Assembly (NCBI RefSeq): GCF_018977255.1
Contig: NW_024704743.1
Span: forward strand, 69,814,001-69,878,000
Origin: Callorhinchus milii
Taxonomy: Eukaryota
Reading direction: 5' to 3'
Length of the DNA: 64,000 nucleotides
The notes under the pieces are model-generated. The model made no database searches and was not told where the DNA came from. It saw nothing but the letters and a program-made list of their open reading frames with translations. Within the stretch, counting starts at the first letter, position 1. Every line of letters starts with the position of its first letter. The position numbers and the translations under genes were made by a program. Shown here piece by piece: positions 37,153 to 48,500 of this stretch.

Positions 37153-37352
37153 ACTGTAGCTCAGAGCACTCGCCTCTACCTGGGTTCGATTCCCGGCAGG
37201 GCAAAACGTTGGGCAAGTTTCCTTACTCCACACACCTGATAATAATCCCTCAAGAAAAAAAACAATAATAATTTGATCACTCAATCCACGACTGTTTGTG
37301 GGACTCTGCTGTGTGCAATTGGCTGCTGTGTTTCGCTCACAAAATATACGGT
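37153..37352 (+). mobile_element. Deu SINE, short variant, partial
   Basis: tgtagctcag, gggttcgattcc, gggcaagtttccttactccac, Deu core. Confidence 0.82.
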
Positions 37353-39524
37353 CAATTATTTATTATTACTGCCCATCCATCTTGCCCCACAGTACTTTTC
37401 ACTTCACCCTTGTGAATTGGTGTACTTTATGCTAACTGCTCTCCTCTTCATTATGTGTGGCATATGTCTCTGAGATATTTATTGTAACAAAGCATTACCC
37501 AACATTGGGCCTGTGCTAATGTGCACTTCGACAACCTACAATTTCCTGAAACTAATTACTTAAAGTCCAGTCTTTATTAATATACTTTTGGACACATGTG
37601 TTGGGCACAGGTTAAGTACACAAGATCATCTTTGATTAAGGTAACTGTGCAATTCATTCACAGCTTTTTGACTGTACGCGTGATGTTGCCCTATGGTATA
37701 TTTTCCTGTAAATTACCACTTCCTGATATTCTTCCACATATACATGGACATATTGGTGGCAAAGTACTGAATGCAGTGTAATGTACTCGGACATTGCAGG
37801 AACAACAACTTGCGCTTACATAGCACCCTCTACGCAGGGTAGCTTCTCAGAGCGCTTATATTTTTGATAGATTGCCATGATCAGTTGTCATTGCACAGAA
37901 CATTTAGAGCATAATTTAAGTCAAAGCTATATTTTAGAGGAACGCCAAGCTCGTACAGAGGGGTGTGCTTCAGATTTGCCAAAAGTGCATGTCTGTGATA
38001 GAATAAGTGCAAAAGACTGAATTTACCATTTAAGAATTTTGTGATTATCGGTTACATCTGTTAGATCTTATTTATTCTTCCATTGTGCAGTTAAGCCTTA
38101 TTATTCCTCTCATGTTAATACAACATTGTTTAGTGAAATAACGGACTGATCTCCTAATATGTTTAGAAGTCAAATTTAGCAAGGATTTACCACACAATAA
38201 AATTGATCAGTTGTCAAAACTTCATTTACAGACATTTATGAAGCTCATTAAGAAGGTTTCCATTTGTTAGTGATTTCTACTGCAAGGACTTTAGCTTTAG
38301 TTACAAAATAAACATGACCTTGGTTCTAATATTTTCTAGGAGATATGTAATAGTTGTAAGAATTTCATGTAGTTTCAATTGTATTTTGATATTTATTCAT
38401 ACAGATCAGGAAAGATTTCGAAACCACACATTTTGCAATTTTGTGTTTAGACTCCTTCCCCCCAACCCCACCTACCCACTACCTTGGAATAAGTGAACCA
38501 TAGTGGTCAACAATTATACATAAGCCTAAATTATTAATAAGTATCAAACTAGTGCTGTGTAATAAGGAAAGGGAGGGATAATTATTTAAAGGACTGTCTT
38601 AACATCAGTAAATACAAGTGATCAATTTTGGGTGAGTGTTGGTTCTATAAAACGAGACTGAGAGGCAGGTAATTTGTCTCACTGGTGCTCTCTGCTTAAT
38701 GTAAACTAAATAGCTATACAAAAAGTAAATCATCCCCAATAGAATAGAATGTAGTAATTTGAAAAATCAATGTCTGGCACGTAATTGAAAGACGGTTCAT
38801 AATTTACTTTTACTTTAAACAGGCATTGATTTTGAACATGATGTTCCAGACATGATTATATCGTCTTTAGGTGTATGGGGAATATTTTAGCTTTTAATCC
38901 AATCAATTCCACAGTAGTTTTGTTCTGGGTTTATTCCAAACAAGAGGATTTATCCTGAGACAATAAGCAACTTAACTAATAGTAACTGCATTTGATATAA
39001 TGCCTTCCTATATCGAAACATCTGAAAAGCATTTCACACAATGTATTATATATGCAGATAACATGTAGTGGAACTTGGAGGAGATCGATAGGATCTTATA
39101 GAGAGCTTGACTGGATATCTGCTTAGCATGATCATTGGGAAATGAAGTTCAGTATGTCAATTGCAGAGGAAGTACAGTAATCCCCTATTCACAAGACCCT
39201 GGTTTAACTTGTCACTGTTAAACTGAAGAAGCCACACTGTCAATAACAGTTAATAAGGGACTCCATTTTACTTGTCATCCCGCTTAATACGTAACTAGTC
39301 GTATTCTAGAAATTCTTGGAAGTACTTACTTTGGATATCTTGACCTGTAAGATGGCACCTTGCATCGCAGAGGCCTCCTGCCTTACACTGTGACTGGTGT
39401 GGGTGTTCGGCAGAGGCTGGACTTACTCGCTCAGTGTACGCTGGTCTATTGGAGGCCTCTCACCTTACCTCTGCTCTATCATGTGACACGATGGAGCGGG
39501 AGGTGGGGCAGGTAGCCAGGACAC

Positions 39525-39880
39525 TAAGGTTCCTCATTGGCTCTGTGAGATAGAGAGTGCATCCTTGAACAGTGATGCTATCACTGTTGAGGTGAGGAAG
39601 CGCTGATGGGAGCCAAGCAGGAGAGCCGCTATCTTGTCAACGTTCAGCTGGAGAAACTTGGCTCTCATCCAGGATTTGATATCTGACAGACAATCTGCCA
39701 GGGCAGCAGTGCTCCTAGACTCTAAAGAGGAGGCAGAGAGATAGAAATTAGCGCCATGTCTGCGGATGACATCACCAAGTGGGAGCATTTAAATGTTAAA
39801 GAGGAAGGGACTAAGGACAGAGCCCTGAGGAACGCCACATGTGACCGCATTAGCACAGGAGGAGAAGCGTTGGTGGAAAG
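39525..39880 (-). mobile_element. L2 RT fragment
   Basis: [20 protein letters not shown]; a GVPQGSVL-coding segment near 39810-39838. Confidence 0.85.
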
Positions 39881-40410
39881 AGTCCAGCCAATGTGAAGCT
39901 ATCAAAAAGATGAATGATCTAATACTATTCCTCTCAAAGGTATTTGTCTGTAATTTGGAGCAATCTTTTAGAGATCATTGATGAGGTCACATTTGAAACA
40001 TTGTGCGTGCTCTAACTTCAAGAGGACATTGAGAAGGTGTAAAGTGGAGAAATAGCTCTGATTCCGGGACTTTGTGTTCTAAGATACACTGACAGATTGG
40101 AGTTTGTTTTCAAACCAGATGTAAATATTGAGAGAAGACACAATTCGTGTTCTTTTTAAAAGATTGAGAGGAGTGAATAATGCAAATGTATTGCATCCGG
40201 GTAGCGTGATGCGTGCTATATAAATTCAAGTCGTTGTGGTTGTATTATTTAATTTAAACCAAAAGATTAGAACTACCAGACACGAATATAAAGCTAACAA
40301 GTCTGAAGAAACACTCAATACAAAGATTCCTTCCCCCCTCCACCCACTTTGGAGGAGCAGGTATGCAGAATTGACTCCAAATTAACACAGTTAAAAAGAG
40401 GCCTGGCTGA

Positions 40411-40650
40411 ATAATAATCATCCTTGCATTTGATACATTGCCTTAACATGTCATTGAGACGTCTCAATGCACTTCATAAGTATGTTATAAAGTGAATTGA
40501 CTGTATTTTGTGGGTGAAATGAAATTGCCAATTGCACACAGCGGTGTCTCACAATCAGTCGAAGAATCCCTTAAATTCTTTTTAAGGGATTATTACCCCC
40601 AGAAATTGATCCGCCAATCAACAAACAACTGGGTTTCTACTTACTGCTAG

Positions 40651-40688
<38 letters not shown>

Positions 40689-40835
40689 CCTTGCATTTGA
40701 TATAGCGCTTTTCACGTCGGGAGGACGTCCCAAAGCGCTTCACAGAACACACTGTAAAGTGTAAAGTGTAAAGTGTAAAGATAAACAGAGGCGTGTGGAA
40801 TAAGGAAATGTGCCTAAGGTTTCGGCCTGCACGTG
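40411..40835 (-). mobile_element. Older Deu SINE with a young SINE 3' fragment nested at 40652-40780
   Basis: Host sequence ctacttactgctag/ataaacagaggcgtgtgg is split by (AAT)n, a young tail and (TGTAAAG)x4. Confidence 0.85.
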
Positions 40836-41007
40836 AATCAACAACAACAAAATTACATTTTTCACGTTGGGAGGACGTCTCAAGGTGCTGGATAATTAGT
40901 GTTTTGGACCCGAGCTGGACTCTACAATCTTGTTTGGAGTTTATTGCAGGTTCTAAGGATAAATATAGATAGAAATGAGAGAATGATGTGGAATATGATG
41001 GTTTCCT

Positions 41008-41309
41008 GACAAAGGAGAAAATGGGGTAGGGGACAGGGAATGATTTTGCATCATTAACACCTCTTTAACCTATCAGCCCCTGTCCTCTACCCCATTTTCT
41101 CCTTTGTCTTCCTTGCCCTGCCTCCCCCCGCTCTGTTAGCCCTTAAAAACCTCTCCCTCGCAACATGCCCCAGTTCTGACGAAGGGTCATGGACCCGAAA
41201 TGTTGACTCACTTTCTTTTCTCCATAGATGCTGCCTGACCTGCTGAGTGTTCCCAGCGACTTCTGTTTTTGTTTCAGATTTCCAGCATCTGCAGTATTTT
41301 GCATTTTGT
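41008..41309 (+). mobile_element. Penelope-like element pseudo-LTR with inverted 5' segment
   Basis: 31-bp inverted arms at 41008-41038 and 41078-41108 (one mismatch), hammerhead core, 3' part shared with 9906-10022. Confidence 0.8.
41172..41208 (+). ncRNA. Minimal type I hammerhead ribozyme motif (Penelope type)
   Basis: AGTT-CTGACGA-A-GGGTC-ATG-GACCC-GAAA-TG-TT-GACT: both core boxes, 5-bp stem II, stem I AGUU/GACU. Confidence 0.75.
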
Positions 41310-43704
41310 TTTACATTAAATCACTTATCTACATCAACCTTATTTTGTATGTTTGGGCACTTGCCTTCACTGATGTCAGAAAAATGCCCCTTCGCCAATT
41401 ACCCAAATTCATTTGCTTCATTTAAGAGTTCTAGAGAAGTTGATTTATTCACATGAATGAGTGATAATAAATGAAAAAGCAGGTGCATAGATGATGAAAC
41501 AAAATAATCCAAATAAGTTATACAAATCTTGGGCATTCAGATAAGAGCTTAAGGTAAAGCATGCTTGCTCCCTTTATATATCATACAACATCTGTCCTAT
41601 TGTGGGTTCCATCCACTCACTCTTTCTCCTTGAGAAAACATTGTATTACCAAAAGTAATTAAGTAAGATTGTGTAGGATTCATGTAGCTCCAAATTGTTG
41701 CTATTCAACTATGACTTGCTTGCCTCCATGGAATATTTCCCTCCCCCAGAGGTTTGACTACTGATGTGTGTTCTTTGGAGTAATTGTGCAACTCCATCTG
41801 CACCTTGCCCTGTAGTTACAAAATCAATACTGTTCTCAAGCAGATATATATGCAGTGTTTGAAGGGGTTAGTTGGTTTAGAATCAATTGCTTTTACTATG
41901 AAGTTGAGTGCAAGCTGAGAAATCCGCCAATCAGTGGAGGAAGGAGAATTTTTTCCAATTTTACTAATGAGATTTCCCTTGAGGTATATTTGACCATGCC
42001 TTTTGGCATCTTCCTCCCCCACACTCCCTCCCTTGGCCTCCACCAGTCCAGAATCCAACCCCCAGCTTGGGTGCAAACCTTCGATTGCCTTGGGACATCC
42101 TCCCGATATTAGAGGCGCTTTATAAATGCAACTGATTATTGTTGTTCAATTTAAATGTAAATCCTATTATTCTGCTCTTTTGGTCTAAGCCAAATAACTA
42201 AGTTATTTTTACGTCATCAAGTCAGTCAAAATTCTGTGAATCAAATTAAGATTTAATGATCTTGTGGGGTTTGCCCATAAACACACAGTGACTCCACTTC
42301 ACAGTATGAAGCACTTCATATGTCCTCCTGAAGTGAAAAGTACTATACCAAATGCAAAGATTATTATCATCATTTTTTTTTACACACCAATTAATTTGCA
42401 CTCAAATATTCCAAGGAAGGTGTGCATCTTCCCTCCAAATTTGCAGTGAGACGTGGTGGAACCACTCGTAAGCTGGCCCTCTGACAGCCTTGAAGGAAAT
42501 TCTTGTTTTGACCAAATATCCTTTCTCGTGATTCTTATCAAATATGCTTTATGGTGATTCTAACAAGGCTGCCAGATCTATAAATAGAATTTAAGAGCTT
42601 TGTGGTTCAGGTGTTTTGAAGAGCTGCTTTGTGTCAAAACAGAGCATCTGCTGCTGGCCGTTTCTAGAAACAGATGAACTGATGCTTTCTCAATCCCAAA
42701 ATGCTTTCTTTTAGGAAATTGAGAACTGAAAAATGAACATATAACTCTAGAAGGACTGATTACGATAAGGAAATGTACCACCAGAAGTGTACTCTTTCTA
42801 ATTTCTTCATCTCCAGCAATTCTTCTTAAAACCACAAAGGAGAATTAGATAGATAGTCTCAGAGGAAGAACTGCAGAGAAAGATCAGATAAGCAGCTGCA
42901 TCTCACTGCTTGGTCTGAAAACTAACTTTGTCTGAGAAACATAATTGTGGCTAAAGGCTGCAATAGCTGAAAATAAAGTTTTACTAAAAGAACATGTAGT
43001 CCACTCTCTCTGCTGTCCAATCTGCCATATTGGTTCCTTTTATTTTAGAATGTAGCGTATTTACACCAACATAAATCAACTGTAAATGAATACTGGTCTT
43101 AAAACCTCTTAAAACAAGAGTGATTACAAAACTTTAGGACAAATTAAGGTTTTTTCCTTTGATAATATCAATTTCTTTACACCATAAAAAGACTTCTGGA
43201 ATTACGATTGGTTGTGTTACGGAACTCTCCAAATTCTACTGTTGTTATTCTGTTGTTGTTGTTGAAGCACTTTGAGATATCTCAATGACGTGATAAGGCG
43301 CTATATCAAATGCAAGAATTATTAGTAGTTTTGAAGGATATAGTGGTCTTGGAGAAGTCCAGTGACAATTAACTACAATGATACCTAATTCAGTGTTCAG
43401 AAATATGAAACCTTTTAGTAAGTTATTCTTCCTATTCAAAAATAAGGTCAAAGTTCACACACTTTGAATTGTGTACCACATTAAATTAACAAAATAGTTA
43501 GCAAACTGTTTCTGAACAATTCATGAAGTTCTGTTTGCATATCTGTGCAACAAATATCAAGTACGTAGAACTGGTTCTTACAATAATAAAATCAGGATAC
43601 TTACTGATTAGAGAAACAGTGTAGTAATGGGCAAAACTGTAGTTCAGGAGTTTCAAAATTAAGATTATGTTATTTTGTTCTTAATCCTGACTCCTCAGGT
43701 TACT

Positions 43705-44250
43705 TTCCATACTTCTCCTCTCCTGAATGTGATGATTCATTCTAGGGTATGTTGTCTTGGACACTGACAGCCCTCTTTTTCCTACTTGTGTATAATTCTG
43801 CTAGACAGTGAATGCTGGTGGACAAAAAGGTACTAAATGAGATTGAGAATTTAAAACAAGAACACTATGTTTAGATATGCCCAAGTAGCGAGACAAGAGG
43901 CCACAGGTTCAAAGTTCTAAAAAGCAATTTCAGGACAAACACTAGGAAACCTTTTCTTACACCGAGAGAAATTAATGACTAGATGGGTTACCAGGAAGGA
44001 TAGCTAAGTTCAGGACTCTGCACCCTTTTAAAAACACAACTTGATGCAGTAATGGGAAGAGGGTAGAGTGGGTATTCTGGGAGCTCATATGGTCTCATGG
44101 GCCTTCTTAATCCAAACCTCTCTTATGATTTTGTCATCTAATGAACTATGGGACATGTAACCAAACCTGATTCTTCCTTTCCAGCTGACATCCATACAAC
44201 TCACTGGGATTATTTAATTAAGAAATCCAGGGTGGGGGAGGGGATGCCTG
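43705..44250 (-). mobile_element. AmnSINE2-like remnant split by a CR1 3' fragment (~43850-44130, +)
   Basis: ctcctctcctgaa..ctagacagtgaatgctgg before and ctgacatccatac after the CR1 segment acaagaggccacaggttcaaag. Confidence 0.45.
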
Positions 44251-44769
44251 TTATCAGGAAGTACAACATTCTGTTTTGAGTCACTCATTCTCCAAAAATA
44301 GATTGAGTTGGAGAGGTGTTTCAGTGAGTCAGCGCCACTGACTTCCAGATTTCTTAATTGAAAGATCTGTTAAATACCACAAAGTAACCCCATATATATT
44401 TTTAATCTCACAGCAGGCATATTGCAAAACATCTGTGTGCGTGTATATATTATTGTACTATTGTTTTAAATTAAAACTGCATATGTATCCCTTATCCAAC
44501 ATAATGTATGAATGTAGTGCTAAATCAAATCTTCTGGGGAACTCAAGATTTCTGAGAACAGAGCATTCGAATTGCAAATCTGAGTAGGTCCACTCAGCAC
44601 TTCATTCTTTCATGATCAAAAGATTTATATCTTGTCTAAAAATATCCTTCTTAGGAGGTTGGTGAACAGTTAGTTTAAGTTAACCTGGTTCAGAGTGATG
44701 GAAAGAGTTGTTGATGGTTGACCAGGCTGACTCATGAATGATACTTTGAGGCTAGGCAAATCCTTAACC

Positions 44770-44955
44770 CAGTGATCTCAACCTGAGCAACACTGAAAGG
44801 CACTGAAATTGGTCTGAAGTTTTCTGGGCTAGAAAGGGGGAAAAAAATCAGCCAGGGTTTGAACACTTCGTGAACCTGAGTAAAACCAGAACAAGGTCGA
44901 CTTTGGTCAAGTAGCCTTTGCCTCACTGTTATACACAAAGCATAGGTACTGGGAG
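44770..44955 (+). mobile_element. AmnSINE2-like remnant
   Basis: tgatctcaacc..aattggtct..ctgggctagaaagggggaaaaaaatcagccagggtt. Confidence 0.55.
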
Positions 44956-45594
44956 AGGGAGCTGAAACATTGCCAGTCAGAGTGAAACAAGTACTATATG
45001 AGATGAGTAGAGATTTAGCATACATATGCACATGTATAACGAAATAGAGAGAGTGATGAAAAAGTGGAATGGAGAACATAGAGAAGTAGAGGCAAATGTG
45101 TGTCAGTAAATTCAAGAGTAACTTTAGATAACAGTGTAGCAAAGGACCATGAAAATACCCAGTGTAAAGCTTTTTGCGCTTGGGGAGATGGACCACATTG
45201 GTATTTTACATATTGTACATTGCTATGTTCCTGTTCCTGTGCTATATAACACTTTGCACCTTTTTGGGGGGGATCTTAACACCAAAACATTCTCCTGGCA
45301 TTAAGAACTGATGATGAGACAGATCCGGCCAATTTTGGTTGGAGATAGTTTTATCACTGAATGTTGTTTCAACTCTGTTCTCTGCTTTCCTGATCATAAT
45401 ATCTAGAATTTGATTTAGCAGATACTGTACTAACTAAACAATCCATCATAATTTACTTATGTTTTTGATAAGGTGGATCAATAAGGGAAATCCACAGGAA
45501 CTACTGAAACGGTGACTAAGCTCTTACTTGTGAAAATAACTATTGTTGATTTTCCTGTCTGTATCCAATGAAACACAATAATTAATAACTAAAA

Positions 45595-46001
45595 TGGAGA
45601 CCTGTGGCGTATTGGTTGGAGCACTCGCCTTGCAAGTGAGAGGACCTGTGTTCGATTCTTGGACAGGGCAAAATGTTAGGCAAGTTTCCTTACACTACAT
45701 GCCACTGGTACACTACCCTGCTTGAAGGGCGCTATATAAATGCAAGTTGTTGTTGTTGCCTCTGTTTCCCAAGGAGTAAGTAGGAACCCGGTTGTTAGTC
45801 GATTGGCGGATCGCTATTCCGGGGGTAATAATCCCTTCAAAACAAAATCATAAAAAAAGTATTTGTTCGCTCAATTGTGCGCAATTGGCTGCCGTGTTTC
45901 GCTCACAAAATATACAGTCAATTCACATTACATTATCTTCTGTGGAGAGATTTGATGCATCTCGAAGACGTGATAAGGTGCTATATCAAAGGGGTATTAT
46001 T
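45595..46001 (+). mobile_element. Deu SINE, long variant, with an L2 tail nested at ~45706-45757
   Basis: Head and B box; interruption by gaagggcgctatataaatgcaag(TTG)n; SINE resumes at gcctctgttt. Confidence 0.85.
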
Positions 46002-47600
46002 AGTAGTACTTTACAACACAGAGAGTATTGTGTTAGAAACTTCCCCAGTTGAGTCTCTAATTTAGAGAGTTGATCATTTTGTAGTATTTATAAAGTAACC
46101 TATTTGTGATATTTTCTGCAAGGAGTCAATATGTCTGGATTATTAATGCATGAAAAACCTGCTGATAACCCTTTCACCTCCAGATTTTTTTGGCACAACC
46201 CCAGACTGATATCACTATCAATGGCCGTGCTTTCAGCCACAATACTCTGAGACTCTGGAACTCTGCCATAATCCCTCCACCTGGCCCACTTCTCGTCCAT
46301 CTTCAGATCATACCTGAAGAACTTCCTCTTCGACTGTGCCTACAGTCACTGCCCCGCTCTCCCTGGCTCAGCATCTAGCTCCACCACTGTTAAGTGCTTC
46401 TAGATGCTACCTCGCGTGAAATGCATGTTATTATTGTTGGTACAGATCATTTCCAGCAATGCTTTCAGTGACATCCTAACAATGTTACACATGCTCTGTA
46501 GCACATATAGTAAGGATCATTGTTTCTGAAAAAGCACATTGGAAAACCGACTGCAGAATGAAGCATCAATGCTACACAAAGCATCCCAGGATGCAAAATG
46601 CATCTCTTGCTAGTAGATATACACTGATGACACAGACACTATACTTCTCCGTAAAATTCCTGTCAAGTGATTTGACACATTTTGATGACATAAGGCACTA
46701 TATAATAATCTTTGTATATGGTATAGCGCTTTTCATATCAGAAGGATGTCTCAAAGTGCTTCATAGGATATATTATTTGTGGACAAATGTGGTAGCCAAT
46801 TTGCACACAGCAATGTCCCACATATAGCCATGGAGTGAGTGACCAATTTCAATTGGGGGATTGAAGGCTAGGAAACCAGGAACCCTGCTCTTTTTGAATA
46901 GTGCCATAGAAACTTTAACCTCCACCTAAACAGGCAGATGGACCTCAGTTGGACGCCTTATCCAAAGGATGGCAGCTCCAACAATGCAGTACAGCCCCAG
47001 GACTGCATCGGGGGCTCCAACCACAAGCTTCTGACTCTGAAATGAGAATGTTGCCAAACCTGACACAATATATCAAATGGAAAGATTATTGTCACAATGT
47101 TGCCTTCATGACTCACTTACTCTTCAGTGAACTATGTGGCACTCGTGAGCTTCTCTTTCACAGTGATTGGGAGAGGAACCATCCTAACCATCCTAAGCAC
47201 ATGTTCTTCTGATGAGCTGTTAAACTGTCAAATGTTCATGTGAACGTTAAAGATCCCATGACACTGTTCGAAAAAAAATGCGGCATTTCTCCTGGTGTCC
47301 TAGCCATCAATCTCCCAAATTAAATTGGTCATTCATTCTGTGGCTGATTGTAGGATATTGCTGTATGCAAAATTGTCTGCCTGTATTTGCCCACAAATAC
47401 ACAGTCACTGCACTTTACAGTAAAATCTTGTGAAGTGTTTTGTGATATCCTCCTGATGTGAAAGGCGTTATACCAAATCTAAGGATTATTATTATTATCA
47501 TTTTAAACTGCATTTATATTGCATCATCAGCTGCATGATGAGCAACACTCAAGACCAATACTTAAGTATTGCACATGGTGCAGTCACAGCTTTCGCATTT

Positions 47601-47965
47601 AGGTCCTGCAGCTTTGTGGTTAGAGCACTCACCTCGCAAGACCTGGATTTGATTCCTGGCAGGACAAAATGTTTGGCAAGTTTCCTTACTCCACACGCCA
47701 CTGTTTACCTAAGAGGAAATAGGAACCCAGTTGTTAGTCAATTGGCAGATCGCTTTTCCGGGGGTAATAATTCCTTCAAAATAAATAAAAATAAATTGGT
47801 CACTCAATCCACGATTGTTTGTGGGACACTGCTGTGTGCAATTGGCTTCTGCGTTTCACCCACAAAATACTCAGTCAATTCACTTTACAGTATATTCTGT
47901 GAAGTGCTTTGAGATGTCTTGAAGACATGATAATGCGCTGTTCAAATGCAAGGATTATGATTATT
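47601..47965 (+). mobile_element. Deu SINE, long variant, full length
   Basis: Head, tgtttacctaagaggaaataggaacc segment, Deu core, tail. Confidence 0.87.
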
Positions 47966-48404
47966 AAGTCCTGGACCTTCTGCTGTTTCATTCTGTGTAA
48001 CTTTAGAATATCTGTCTCAAATCGGTTGCTTCCAGGAAATCCCAATTTGCCCTTTTACTGCTGCTCTTGATATTAGGGCCAGTGTTATTGAGGCATCAGA
48101 GATCAGGGAAGTGGACATTTTAATATATCCATGTGTGTGCAATAAGTCGATGTCAGAGCATGACTTGTGAGTGTTTAGCTACCAGGATAAACACTACCAG
48201 TGTTTAGCTACTGCCAGTAATGAAGATAAACTAATTCAGTGGCATATAGAGTCTGTTTGCAACAGATGAGGTAAGTTGCTACAGTTTCATTAGAAACTGC
48301 CAGATGGCTAGAGTGCCAATATTGACAAATCCGTATTGTAAAAGCAATATTTGCCTGATCCTACTTGACCTCCTTTATCCTGTATCATCTACTGTTTCGT
48401 TCCT

Positions 48405-48500
48405 ATTAAAGGGTTATACCAAATCATTTACCTGGTATTTTTACTGATTGACCTGCTATGGATTAGCAGCATTTCTGTTTATTTTACGTTTCAGTAGTTT
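48405..48500 (+). mobile_element. Degraded Penelope-like terminal repeat
   Basis: aagggttatacc..tgattgacctgct..agcagcatttctgtttatt resembles 41180-41290; a possible minus-strand relic lies at ~52485-52571. Confidence 0.4.

Noticed and set aside
44732..45196. 154-aa ORF (also 57164-57715 and 60274-60699)
   Set aside because: They overlap SINE relics, use alternative starts or AT-biased composition, and lack splice or motif support.
45311..45393. C/D box snoRNA (ATGATGA ... CTGA)
   Set aside because: No terminal stem and no guide target I could recognise.
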